Origin: a virus
Lineage: Duplodnaviria; Caudoviricetes
IMG/VR virus record: IMGVR_UViG_3300025398_000053
Coordinates: 1 to 34,847 of that record
Reading direction: 5' to 3' (one strand)
DNA length: 34,847 nucleotides
The notes under the pieces were generated by a model. That model saw only the letters and a program-made list of their open reading frames with translations. It was not told the DNA's origin and made no database searches. This document shows, piece by piece, positions 24,678 to 34,598 of the stretch (positions within the stretch are counted from its first letter, which is position 1; every line of letters starts with the position of its first letter). The translations under genes were made by a program, and so were the position numbers.

Positions 24678-25649
24678 ATGACCACACCTTATGACATCGT
24701 TTCTAGAGCATTAAAAGACATCGGAGCATTAGAGGCTGGCGAAACTCCTACCGCAGATGCTGCTCAAGATGCGTTTGATATGCTCAATGACTTGGTAGAT
24801 CAATGGTCAAACGAAGAAATGATGGTCTATTACAAGAATGAGATCGTCTTTCCTATTGTTTCAGGTCAAACTCAATACACAATCGGCCCAGGTGGTCAAA
24901 TTGGCGCAATCATTACAGGCTCAATTTCAGGCACTACCTTAACAGTTACAGGCATTAGCTCAGGGGCTATTAACGTAGGGCAAACCCTTAGCGGTACAGG
25001 TATTACTGCGGGAACTAAGATTGTAGCTATGCTTACAGGCGCAGGAAACAATGTCAATGAAGCTGGCACATATCGTTTAAATATCAGTCAAACAGTATCG
25101 TCTGAAACGATTAATCTTTACTATCAACGCCCATTATCAATAGATTCTGCCTTTGTACGGATTAATACCAATTCTAATGGCGTACCTATCGTCAATGGTG
25201 GATTGGACTACCCAATCGCTGTTTTAGCGGTAGAAGAATACGAAATGATTGGTTTAAAGACTTTGAATGGCCCTTGGCCTAAAGCTCTTTATTATCAGCC
25301 TAGCGAAACACTTGGAAATATTTATGTATGGCCTAACCCTGCACAGGGCGAAATGCACATATTCACAGACAATCTATTTCAAAACTATACCAATCTTAAC
25401 GATACTGTAATCCTGCCACAGGGCTACACAATGGCTCTCAGATGGTGTTTAGCCGAGCGATTGATGCCTATGTATGGTAAAGCCAATCCAACGCAAATAC
25501 AGATGATTAATGCCTACGCTGCTCAAGCTAAAGCTACAGTTAAACGGATCAATATGAAGCCAGTTCAATCTGCTCGTTTTGCCGATGCAATGTTGGCTTC
25601 TCGCCAAAAGGACGCTGGATGGATCCTCAGCGGTGGATTCTTTAGATAA
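24678..25649 (+). CDS. head-to-tail adaptor, P22 gp4-like, with an inserted beta domain
   Basis: [11 protein letters not shown]....GET.....QDA...LNDLVDQW and [10 protein letters not shown]; precedes the gp10-like gene. Confidence 0.75.
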   Translation: MTTPYDIVSRALKDIGALEAGETPTADAAQDAFDMLNDLVDQWSNEEMMVYYKNEIVFPIVSGQTQYTIGPGGQIGAIITGSISGTTLTVTGISSGAINVGQTLSGTGITAGTKIVAMLTGAGNNVNEAGTYRLNISQTVSSETINLYYQRPLSIDSAFVRINTNSNGVPIVNGGLDYPIAVLAVEEYEMIGLKTLNGPWPKALYYQPSETLGNIYVWPNPAQGEMHIFTDNLFQNYTNLNDTVILPQGYTMALRWCLAERLMPMYGKANPTQIQMINAYAAQAKATVKRINMKPVQSARFADAMLASRQKDAGWILSGGFFR

Positions 25650-27775
25650 TGGCTGATTTTGGCTTCGTAGGAGCAGCCTACACAGCACCTTCTATTTACC
25701 AAGATGCCCAAGAGTGCATCAATTTTCGCCCTGAAGTCGATCCTACAAAAGGTCAAGGAGCAAGAGGGGTAGTCGCTTTATATCCTACGCCTGGTCTTAC
25801 AAACGTAGTTACTCTACAAAATGCTCAAGTTGTTCGTGGCATGAGAACAGTTAGCGGTGGTAATTACATGGTTGCGGTCTGTGGCCCTTATGTTTATGTC
25901 ATGGATTCGACATACACAGCGACAATCGTAGGACAGCTAAATAGCTCAAGCGGTCAAGTCGGAATTACAGATAACGGCTTAAACGTCTATATCGTTGACG
26001 GCTCTTATCGCTACACATGGCGTATTTCTCAGCCTGCTTCTGCTGTATTTCAAGGCACAATTTCAGGAACGACTCTGACTGTTACTCGTTTTATCTCAGG
26101 CACAATCGCTGCGGGTCAGTCTTTGTTTGGTGTAGGAATTACAGGCGAAACAGTTATTGTTAGCGGGTCAGGCTCAACTTGGACTTTAAATCAGTCTAAT
26201 ACAATTTCTACTGCTATTCAGATGAACTCTGCATCAGTCGCAGGAGTCATTACAGCCAGCATATCTGGCACGACTTTGACAGTAACAGGAGTATCTAGCG
26301 GAACAATTTACCCAGGTCAAACCATTACAGGTACTGGAGTGACTGCAAACACGATTATTACGGCTTTGGGAAGCGGAACAGTATTGTCTGCTTCTATTGC
26401 TACTGCGGGTTCAGGATATGCTGTAAACGATACTGTGACAGTTTTAGGAGGTGTTTATGGCAATAGTCCAGCTACCTTTACTGTTACCTCAGTAAGCTCA
26501 GGTGCAGTCACAGGATTGTCATTAACTTATTCTGGTCAATATACCTCTACCCCATCAAATAACGTATCTACATCCACAAGCGGATCTGGCACAGGGTTAA
26601 CCCTAACATTGACTTTTGGATCAGGCACAGGCGGTACTGGTACTTATGTAATCAGCACCAGTCAAACTGTTGGCTCTGAAACTATGTATCTGCTGAACTT
26701 TAGCGTATTGCCTAGCTCAGATGGTGCTTTTCAAGGAGCAGACGTAGTCGATATTGTAGATAACTATTTTATTTACAATAAACCTAATTCACAACAATGG
26801 GCTGCTTCTAATCTGTTAAGCCCAATTACTTATGGCTTGTCTTATGCTTCTAAGTTCACAGGCCCTGATAATCTTGTTTCTATTATTGCCGATCACGGGC
26901 AAGTTTATTTATTGGGCGAAACAACTTCAGAAGTCTGGTCTGATGCAGGCACATTCCCATTTGCTTTTCAAAGAATCCCTGGCTCATCTAGCCAACATGG
27001 TATCGCTGCTAAGTTCTCTGTAGCTCGTTTAGGCAATTCTTTTGCTTATTTAGCTAGAAATAATCGTGGGCAGTCTGAAATCGTAATGATGAATGGTTAT
27101 TTTCCACAAAGAATTTCAACCCATGCAGTAGAAAATACGCTAGTTAATCAAACTGTCAGCGATGCCGTTGCTTATACTTATCAGCTAGAAGGGCATGAGT
27201 GCTATGTCATTACATTCCCAAGCCTAGATTTAACTTGGGTTTATGACATCTCTACAGGTCTATGGCATAAGTGGTTATGGGTAGATAATCAGAATAACTA
27301 CCACCGCCATCGCTCTAATTGCGCTGCTTTGTTTCAAGGTGTCGTTCTCGTAGGCGATTGGCAAAATGGTCAAATTTATAAGTTAGACCCTAATAATTAC
27401 ACCGATAATGGCGATGAAATCCGCAGATTGCGTAGATGCCCACACCTTGTCACAGACTTGCAACGTCAATATTTTGACGAGTTTCAGATTCAATTCCAGC
27501 CTGGCGTTGGTTTAGAAGGAATTACAAACCCACCTTTGAACGCAGAAACAGTTGGTGCAAACCCACAAGCTATGCTTAGATGGTCAAACGATGGTGGTTC
27601 TACCTACTCAAACGAGCATTGGTCAGATATTGGTCAAGTCGGTAAATACAAAAATCGTATTATTTGGCGCAGATTAGGCATGGCAAGGGATCGCATATTT
27701 GAAGTCGTTGTGACTGACCCAGTCTTTGCTTGTATTATTTCAGCCAACTTAAAAGCCAGCGAAGGGGATAATTAA
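25649..27775 (+). CDS. tail hub / DNA stabilization protein, P22 gp10-like, with inserted domains
   Basis: LYPTPGL, PDNLV, RISTHAVE, YQLEGHECY, LRWSNDGG.T.S and WRRLG.ARDR.FE. Confidence 0.85.
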   Translation: MADFGFVGAAYTAPSIYQDAQECINFRPEVDPTKGQGARGVVALYPTPGLTNVVTLQNAQVVRGMRTVSGGNYMVAVCGPYVYVMDSTYTATIVGQLNSSSGQVGITDNGLNVYIVDGSYRYTWRISQPASAVFQGTISGTTLTVTRFISGTIAAGQSLFGVGITGETVIVSGSGSTWTLNQSNTISTAIQMNSASVAGVITASISGTTLTVTGVSSGTIYPGQTITGTGVTANTIITALGSGTVLSASIATAGSGYAVNDTVTVLGGVYGNSPATFTVTSVSSGAVTGLSLTYSGQYTSTPSNNVSTSTSGSGTGLTLTLTFGSGTGGTGTYVISTSQTVGSETMYLLNFSVLPSSDGAFQGADVVDIVDNYFIYNKPNSQQWAASNLLSPITYGLSYASKFTGPDNLVSIIADHGQVYLLGETTSEVWSDAGTFPFAFQRIPGSSSQHGIAAKFSVARLGNSFAYLARNNRGQSEIVMMNGYFPQRISTHAVENTLVNQTVSDAVAYTYQLEGHECYVITFPSLDLTWVYDISTGLWHKWLWVDNQNNYHRHRSNCAALFQGVVLVGDWQNGQIYKLDPNNYTDNGDEIRRLRRCPHLVTDLQRQYFDEFQIQFQPGVGLEGITNPPLNAETVGANPQAMLRWSNDGGSTYSNEHWSDIGQVGKYKNRIIWRRLGMARDRIFEVVVTDPVFACIISANLKASEGDN

Positions 27776-28011
27776 TGGCAAATATTCTGTTTGGGCAAAG
27801 TCAGGGTAATCAATACCCTGTTACGCCTTTAATCGATGACAATACCAAAATGCCCACTCGGGCGTGGCAACAATGGTTTTTAAACTTATTAAACTTTTCT
27901 AGTTCAGCAACAGCAACAAAGGGGACAGCTACATTACCATCAAATCCAGCAGGATTTATGAATGTAACTGTTGGGGGAAAACAATATAAAGTGCCTTATT
28001 ACAATGTCTAA
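27775..28011 (+). CDS. small tail protein (gp26 position)
   Basis: Coupled to the gp10-like gene; TRAWQQWF and KVPYY. Confidence 0.65.
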   Translation: MANILFGQSQGNQYPVTPLIDDNTKMPTRAWQQWFLNLLNFSSSATATKGTATLPSNPAGFMNVTVGGKQYKVPYYNV

Positions 28012-28366
28012 TTTTGCTGAACAATTTGCTGCTAATGAAGGTAAATGGGCTTTTGACCCACAAACTAAGCATAATTTTTCAGATGGTTTATATGCCAAAG
28101 AAATGACTATGCCTTATGGATATGTGGCTTATTCTCATTCTCACCCCTATTCACACCTTAGCATATTGGCAAAAGGGCGTGTAATTGTGCGTACAGACAG
28201 TTATAATCAAGAATATGTAGCTCCAGCTTGTATAAATATAGAAGCCAACACATACCATCAAATAGAGTCTTTGGAAGATTGCGTATGGTTCTGTATTCAC
28301 GCAACTGATGAAACAGACGAAAACAAAATTGATGAAGTTTTAATTGGTAAAAATGAGCAAAATTAA
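28004..28366 (+). CDS. cupin-fold protein
   Basis: HNFSDGLYAKE, H.H.YSHLSILAKG, H.I..LED.VWFCIH. Start re-assigned to 28004. Confidence 0.75.
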   Translation: MSNFAEQFAANEGKWAFDPQTKHNFSDGLYAKEMTMPYGYVAYSHSHPYSHLSILAKGRVIVRTDSYNQEYVAPACINIEANTYHQIESLEDCVWFCIHATDETDENKIDEVLIGKNEQN

Positions 28367-28889
28367 GCTAATTTCACAAGGTGCAAACGTAGCCCCAATA
28401 CATTGGGCTATTTTGGATCACCCTGAGTTATGGAATCAGCATAATTCTAGAACTAAAGATGAATCTAGTCCTCATTACGAATTAGATGACATTTGGCCTC
28501 GTTTTGGCGAAGTTGAATATGCTGACAATGGTTTACCGCACGATTCTAAATGGTATCCATCTGCTGATATTTTAGGTATAAAGCCTATTGTTTACGATCT
28601 TTTTAGGGCTGTAGAGGGCGTTGAGCTGGGAGGAGTATTAATTACTCGAATACCCGCTGGGAAAGAGTGCAAACCTCATACAGATCCAGGTTGGCACGCT
28701 AGGCGTTATCAAAAGTTTGGAGTGCAAATCACAAGCGCACCTGGACAAAAGTTCTGTTTTGATGAAGAAGAATTAGAAACCAAGCCAGGAGATGTATTTT
28801 GGTTTGATAATCAATTTACCCATTGGGTAGTTAATCCAACACCATACGAAAGAATTACAATGATCGTATGTATTCGTAAGGAGCAATAA
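28353..28889 (+). CDS. Asp/Asn beta-hydroxylase-like 2OG-Fe(II) oxygenase
   Basis: PHTD (HxD), GDVFWFDN...HWV.N....RITMIV. Confidence 0.8.
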   Translation: MSKIKLISQGANVAPIHWAILDHPELWNQHNSRTKDESSPHYELDDIWPRFGEVEYADNGLPHDSKWYPSADILGIKPIVYDLFRAVEGVELGGVLITRIPAGKECKPHTDPGWHARRYQKFGVQITSAPGQKFCFDEEELETKPGDVFWFDNQFTHWVVNPTPYERITMIVCIRKEQ

Positions 28890-28890
28890 T

Positions 28891-29721
28891 ATGCCATGGG
28901 CAGCCGCAGCCGCAGCAACAGCAGTAGTAGCTAGTTCTGTAATTCAGGGAGATGCAGCGCAAAGCGCAGCACAAACCCAAGCTAATGCACAAACACAAGC
29001 AGCCAATACGCAATCACAAGCTGCATTACAACAACAGCAAAATTTATTAGCTGCTGGTAAACAAGCGGCTGCTCAATTTACGCCTTATGCCAATACAGGT
29101 CAAACTTATCTAAATTCATTAAATCAAAATGCGGGTTATTTTAATAATCAGTTTAGTAATCAAGATTTAAATGCTAATTTAGCTCCTAATTATTCATTTA
29201 TTTTAGGACAAGGGCAACAAGCAACAAATCAAATGTCCAATGCTACGGGTGGTTACAATAGTGGAAATGCAGCAAAAGCATTAGAAGATTACACTCAAAA
29301 TTATGCTTCAAATGCTTATCAAAACGCATTTAATAATTATCAAACGCAACGTGGCAATATTTTAGCTGCTAATCTTTCTGGAGCAAATATAGGACTTGCT
29401 GGAGCAACAGGATCAGCAAATGCTACGCTTGGAACATCTACAAATATTGCAAACTTAGGTATTGGCGCAGCAAATGCACAAGCAGCAGGAATTACAGGTT
29501 CTGCGGCATCTCAAGCATCAGGAATTATTGGGGCATCAAACGCTTATGGTGGTGCAATAAATAATTTAGGTGGTATTGGTTATTCTGCATTACAAAGCAT
29601 GAATACACCAACTAACAATGGCGGTAGTTATAGTGATTTTGGAGTTGGCGCAAATCAAGCAGGAAATACTGGATTTACTCCAACGGCAGGCAATTCGTTT
29701 ACTTTTAGCACAGGCGGTTAA
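28891..29721 (+). CDS. DNA ejection/pilot protein (P22 gp7-like)
   Basis: Hydrophobic N-terminus, Ala/Gln-rich, PY...G, PNY.F...QGQ and SGNAAKAL..Y.QNYA. Confidence 0.75.
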   Translation: MPWAAAAAATAVVASSVIQGDAAQSAAQTQANAQTQAANTQSQAALQQQQNLLAAGKQAAAQFTPYANTGQTYLNSLNQNAGYFNNQFSNQDLNANLAPNYSFILGQGQQATNQMSNATGGYNSGNAAKALEDYTQNYASNAYQNAFNNYQTQRGNILAANLSGANIGLAGATGSANATLGTSTNIANLGIGAANAQAAGITGSAASQASGIIGASNAYGGAINNLGGIGYSALQSMNTPTNNGGSYSDFGVGANQAGNTGFTPTAGNSFTFSTGG

Positions 29722-29723
29722 TT

Positions 29724-31250
29724 ATGCCAATTTCAACTAGCGGATTATCTGTACCCCAACTTGGTCAACAGCTTGAAACAAGTATGTATGGAAATGTTAC
29801 TCCTACAAAGCAAGAGCTTCCTAAAGGAATGACTATTGGGGATATGCTTGATATTTCTAAAAAATCTTTAGATTTAAGAAAAGCAAAAGAAACATATCAA
29901 CCTGAAATTGATTACATTAAAGCAAATGCTCAACAAGCACAGGCTCAAAATGCTCAAGAACAACTTAAAAATGTTAGATCGCACGTAAACTATTTAACAA
30001 GTCAAAGTGCTGATTTGCTTAAAGAAGAAGAATTAAGCCCATTAAAAATTGCTCAAAGATATACTGATATTAATAAAAATGCGCCAGGTGGTGAAGATCC
30101 ACGAGCATTACAACAAGTATTAATGGGTATGCCCCAGCCAATGCAAGGCGAAACTAAAGAAATGTATCAAACAAGACTACGTAGTTTTGTTACTTCAAAT
30201 ATGGGTAAAGGTTTAGATAATCTTGCTCAATTTGAAAAAATGTTCCCTTCAACACAACAAGTAAATACGGGCGGTCAAATTGTAACAACGGCTACTGGAA
30301 ATCCAGATATTGCTGTAAATACACCAGGTGTGCCTACTGGCCCTTATATTCAAAATACTCTTGCTCCTACTGTTGCTACATCACCTACAGGTGGCCCAAT
30401 GGCCTTTGGTGGCGGTGGAACTCCACAAGTAGGAAATTTAAACAATAGACCTGTTGGAGTTCAAGTAGCTCCCGCAGGTGGTGGAGCAACCGCTACAGGT
30501 ATGCAACAAAATTCACCATCAGGACAAGTTGCACCAAAAACTGGGGTTACATCGCAATCTATGAGCCAACCTAAAGGTGGTTCTGCAATTCCTTATATTC
30601 CAGGAGAGCCGTATGATGCGTTTAGAGTTCGTGCAGCAGATGTTGCAAAAATGCCTCGAGCTGCTTCTGAAGCATTAAATGTAACTAATGCAGACTCTAT
30701 TCCTAATGCTCGTTATACCAACGAAAAAATACAAAAAATGTTGGACAACCCTAATTTGAATATTGGCCCTATTGCTGATGCGATTGCAAAACAAACTGGT
30801 GGTATTGGTTTAAGCGCAGAACAACAAGAAATTATGAAGTATCTTGAGCAACGTATTCGTATGGAATCTGCTAGAACCAATCAAGATCAAACATCGCAGA
30901 GAACAGCTTTTGGTTCTTTTGGAACTCAAAAAGGCGCATTGCGTGAAATTCTTTATAAAGACAATGGAAGTCTTGCTGGTCAAGAACTGTATCAGCGTGG
31001 AATTTTAAATCATGCTGGCGATATTAATAAACCCAATTTGCAATCTGTAAATCAATTTAATAATGATTATGCAAAATTGGCAGAACCAAAAGTAGTTCAT
31101 TTAATGGGTGTTATTGGTGATAAATCAATTAAAGATTTAACAAAATCAGATAAACAACATTTAGCAAAAGAATTTGCTGGATTATCAAGCGCACAAATTC
31201 AAGAGCTAATGGATAAACGGCAAAAACTAATTGATCTAGTAGGTAAATAA
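29724..31250 (+). CDS. putative DNA ejection protein (gp20 position)
   Basis: Synteny; Gln/Pro/Gly-rich, with no Cys or Trp seen. Confidence 0.6.
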   Translation: MPISTSGLSVPQLGQQLETSMYGNVTPTKQELPKGMTIGDMLDISKKSLDLRKAKETYQPEIDYIKANAQQAQAQNAQEQLKNVRSHVNYLTSQSADLLKEEELSPLKIAQRYTDINKNAPGGEDPRALQQVLMGMPQPMQGETKEMYQTRLRSFVTSNMGKGLDNLAQFEKMFPSTQQVNTGGQIVTTATGNPDIAVNTPGVPTGPYIQNTLAPTVATSPTGGPMAFGGGGTPQVGNLNNRPVGVQVAPAGGGATATGMQQNSPSGQVAPKTGVTSQSMSQPKGGSAIPYIPGEPYDAFRVRAADVAKMPRAASEALNVTNADSIPNARYTNEKIQKMLDNPNLNIGPIADAIAKQTGGIGLSAEQQEIMKYLEQRIRMESARTNQDQTSQRTAFGSFGTQKGALREILYKDNGSLAGQELYQRGILNHAGDINKPNLQSVNQFNNDYAKLAEPKVVHLMGVIGDKSIKDLTKSDKQHLAKEFAGLSSAQIQELMDKRQKLIDLVGK

Positions 31251-32866
31251 TGGGAATTACTGCTCAAGATTTAGCTGATATTGTCAAAGGTGGCAAAGTT
31301 GAAGAAGCTGCTCCATCATTTTCTGCTAAAGATTTATCTGACATTATCAGTTCAACAGAACCACCATCTACTCGTGATTGGTCTGATGTTCCAATTCAGG
31401 CAATAACTAACATTCCTAAAAGTGGTTATGAATTTGGTAAAAACATTTATGAAGCAGTAACTCATCCATTAAGAACTGCTGGCGGTATTATGGATTTGGC
31501 TGCTGGAACTTTGCATAACATTACGCCTAAACATATTGCAGAATGGATTGATAAAGCAGACTACAATCCAGATGCAACTGAAAGAGCCATTCAAACAGCA
31601 AACGCTGTAGGTCATTTATACAAGCATCGTTATACAACAAGTGAAGGATTCAAAGAGGCTTTGGCTACTGACCCTGTAGGCGTAGCTAGTGACATTGCAA
31701 CACTAATGTCTGGTGGATCAACATTAGCAAGCAAGGTTGGAGCAGTAGAAAAAGCAACGAATTTAGCAAAAAGTGCTGGTGTTCCAGAAAAAGCGATTGA
31801 AACTGCTGGAAAGGTTACAGAAAATTTAAATCCTGTAACAGCTACAGGTAATGTTATTGCAACTGTTGGAAAGCCATTATTAGGCTCATTGACAGGTGTT
31901 GGATCAGAAAATATTTCCAATGCAGCTAAAGCTGGTTTTGCAGGCGATAAATCTTTTGTAAATCAAATGCGTGGTAATGCGCCCATGAATGCACCATTAG
32001 ATGCTGCTAGAGCTAATTTAGCAACTTTGCATCAAAATAGAGGAAGTGCTTATCGTTCAGGGATGACAGACATTACAGGCGATAAATCTGTGTTGAGCTT
32101 TAATGATATTGATTCAGCTTTGCAAAAAGCAAAAGATTCTATTTCATTTAAAGGTAAAGCAAAAGATGACATTGCTTTACAAAATCTTGATGATTTATCT
32201 AAAGAAATAAATGCATGGAGAAATTTAAACCCTGCTGAATATCATACTCCTGAAGGTTTAGATGCTTTAAAACAAAGAATTGGTGCAATTACAAATCGCA
32301 TCCCTTATGAAGAAGCTAATTCAAATAGAATTGGTGGCGATGTTTACAATGCAGTTAAGGATACTATTTCTGCACAAGCACCTAAATATGCTGAAGTAAT
32401 GAAAGATTACCACGAAGCATCTGACACAATCAAAGAAATTGAAAAAGCATTATCTCTTGGCAATAAAGCATCTGCTGATACTGCTATGCGTAAATTGCAA
32501 AGTATTACTAGAAACAATGTATCCACAAATTATGGCCAACGTTTAAATCTTGCACAACAATTAGAGCAAGAAGGTGGAAGACCATTTATTAATGCTTTAT
32601 CTGGTCAAGCCATGAGTTCACCAACTGCTAGAGGATTGGCAGGAACAGTTGAAAATGCTTCTACTTTAGCTGGCTTAGTAAATCCTGCTTTTTGGGCAGC
32701 AATTCCATTCCAAACTCCAAGAATTGTTGGAGAAGGTTTGTATGCTGGTGGCAGAGGCGCAAAAGCAATTTCTAAATTATCTAAAAAAACAGGCATTGGT
32801 CAGGGCAAAGCTAACACTATTGCTGACATATTACAAAATGTAAATAAAGCACAAGAGGAACAATAA
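31250..32866 (+). CDS. putative DNA ejection protein (gp16 position)
   Basis: Synteny; Ala/Gly-rich helical sequence, LDALKQRIG and TPRIVGE. Confidence 0.65.
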   Translation: MGITAQDLADIVKGGKVEEAAPSFSAKDLSDIISSTEPPSTRDWSDVPIQAITNIPKSGYEFGKNIYEAVTHPLRTAGGIMDLAAGTLHNITPKHIAEWIDKADYNPDATERAIQTANAVGHLYKHRYTTSEGFKEALATDPVGVASDIATLMSGGSTLASKVGAVEKATNLAKSAGVPEKAIETAGKVTENLNPVTATGNVIATVGKPLLGSLTGVGSENISNAAKAGFAGDKSFVNQMRGNAPMNAPLDAARANLATLHQNRGSAYRSGMTDITGDKSVLSFNDIDSALQKAKDSISFKGKAKDDIALQNLDDLSKEINAWRNLNPAEYHTPEGLDALKQRIGAITNRIPYEEANSNRIGGDVYNAVKDTISAQAPKYAEVMKDYHEASDTIKEIEKALSLGNKASADTAMRKLQSITRNNVSTNYGQRLNLAQQLEQEGGRPFINALSGQAMSSPTARGLAGTVENASTLAGLVNPAFWAAIPFQTPRIVGEGLYAGGRGAKAISKLSKKTGIGQGKANTIADILQNVNKAQEEQ

Positions 32867-33612
32867 TGGCATCAGTTCTACTATCATCCGTTGGCATAGG
32901 TCAACAATACTTTGATAACAATGGAGTACCACTTTCAGGTGGTCTTATCTATACTTATCAAGCTGGTTCATCTACACCTTTAGCTACTTATACTGACAAT
33001 GGTGGAACAACTGCTAATGCCAATCCTATCGTATTAGATAGTTCAGGTCGTGTTCCTAATGAAATTTGGTTGTTACAAGGCTATAGCTATAAATTTATTA
33101 TTCAAAACGCATCAGGCACAAGTTTAATTACCCTTGATAATCTCTATGGTATTTTGCAAAATGCCCCTGCTGTATCTAATACAGTTCCAAGCGGTTTAAT
33201 TGCTATTTGGTCAGGATCTACAGGTTCTATTCCTAGTGGATGGTTATTATGTAATGGTGCAAATGGCACACCTGACTTGCGTAATTCTTTTGTATTGGGC
33301 GCAGGCAATACCTACGCTGTAGGAGCTACTGGCGGTTCTACTGATGCTATTGTAGTAAGCCATACCCACGCTGCGACTTCTACATCTACTGTTAGCGATC
33401 CAGGTCACTATCATACAGTTCCAATGCAGAATGGTTATGTCACTTATGGTGGTGGCCCAGGAATTACAGGTTCTGGAATTAATTACCCTACTAATGCTGC
33501 ATATACTGGTATTTCTGTAGCAACTACAACAACTAACGCAACTGCTGGTGTAAGCGGATCAGGCGCAAATATGCCTCCTTATTACGCTTTGGCTTATATT
33601 ATGAAAAGTTAG
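32866..33612 (+). CDS. tail fibre/spike with N-terminal attachment domain and collar domain
   Basis: QYFDNNG.PL.GG..YTY.AG...NPIVLDSSGR, then PSGWLLCNG.NGTPDLR..F and NMPPYYALAYIMK. Confidence 0.8.
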   Translation: MASVLLSSVGIGQQYFDNNGVPLSGGLIYTYQAGSSTPLATYTDNGGTTANANPIVLDSSGRVPNEIWLLQGYSYKFIIQNASGTSLITLDNLYGILQNAPAVSNTVPSGLIAIWSGSTGSIPSGWLLCNGANGTPDLRNSFVLGAGNTYAVGATGGSTDAIVVSHTHAATSTSTVSDPGHYHTVPMQNGYVTYGGGPGITGSGINYPTNAAYTGISVATTTTNATAGVSGSGANMPPYYALAYIMKS

Positions 33613-33637
33613 CAAAATCTAGTTTATAATATGGCGT

Positions 33638-34159
33638 ATGACAAATGATAAATATTACGAAGAAAACTGCCCTACTTGCAATACGCCAATGCGTAGGCGA
33701 AAGCGTGATCTTGGCAAAGACTGTCGTAGATGTCTTATGCGTAAAGTTGGTTTGGCACATGGAGAAAAAAGACGAGCTAATCCAGTTGGCAAAACACAAA
33801 GCGAACATGATAAAAATTCTCGCCAAAGACGTTTTGAAAAAAATCCTTTTGAATTTAGGCTTAAAAGAACTTTGCAAAATTGTAAAAGCAGAGCAAAAAG
33901 ATTTAATTTACCACTTACAATTACTTTGCAGGATTTAATTGATATGTTTCCTGCTGATAACTTATGCCCAGTTTTAAAAGTTCCTTTTGTATGGGGAACT
34001 AAAAATGATAAAGATTTATCTCCATCATTGGATAGAATGATTCCTGAATTGGGATATGTTAAAGGTAATATCAAGTTTATTTCTTACAAGGCAAATCGCA
34101 TTAAAAATGATTCAACTGTGGAAATATTAGAAAATTTAATTAAATATATGAAGTCGTAA
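33638..34159 (+). CDS. free-standing HNH-type endonuclease
   Basis: N-terminal CxxC...CxxC, KSRAK, CPVL, SPSLDR.IPELGYVKGNI..IS..AN..K. Confidence 0.8.
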   Translation: MTNDKYYEENCPTCNTPMRRRKRDLGKDCRRCLMRKVGLAHGEKRRANPVGKTQSEHDKNSRQRRFEKNPFEFRLKRTLQNCKSRAKRFNLPLTITLQDLIDMFPADNLCPVLKVPFVWGTKNDKDLSPSLDRMIPELGYVKGNIKFISYKANRIKNDSTVEILENLIKYMKS

Positions 34160-34161
34160 TT

Positions 34162-34371
34162 ATGGTTGAGATTGATCCAGTTAAAGTCGGTGTAATGTGG
34201 CAAAAGGTTGAGGCTATGGAGCGTGAAATGAACGAAATGCGCCATGACATCAAAACTCTTTTAGCTATGGCAGAGCGTTCTAAAGGTTCTTTATGGGCTT
34301 TAATGGGAGTAGCATCTGTAGTCGGTGGTTTTATTACTATTGTTGTTGACGTATTTTTAAACAAAAAATGA
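34162..34371 (+). CDS. small coiled-coil protein with C-terminal TM (lysis-cassette membrane protein)
   Basis: Coiled coil followed by GSLWALMGVASVVGGFITIVV. Confidence 0.65.
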   Translation: MVEIDPVKVGVMWQKVEAMEREMNEMRHDIKTLLAMAERSKGSLWALMGVASVVGGFITIVVDVFLNKK

Positions 34372-34598
34372 ACGAAATCTTTACCCATATTTTGACTGGC
34401 AAAGACAATCAGACCCATGACATTGCTCGTTGGGCGTGGATGCTTGGTTTTTTTGTGGTGGCTGGTTCGGCAATTTATTTAATCTACGCAGGGCATGAAA
34501 TTAGCCTTACTGAACTTGCTGGTGCTTTGGGCATCGTATCAGGCTCAGGAGCTGCTGCGGTAGCTGGTAAACACATGAGTGGTGCAGAGCCACAATGA
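34368..34598 (+). CDS. putative holin (two TM helices)
   Basis: 76 aa with two hydrophobic segments, upstream of a spanin-like gene. Confidence 0.55.
   Translation: MNEIFTHILTGKDNQTHDIARWAWMLGFFVVAGSAIYLIYAGHEISLTELAGALGIVSGSGAAAVAGKHMSGAEPQ

Noticed and set aside
33599-34074. Alternative-frame and antisense ORFs over the second HNH gene
   Set aside because: They are fully overlapped by a motif-bearing gene and have no independent support.
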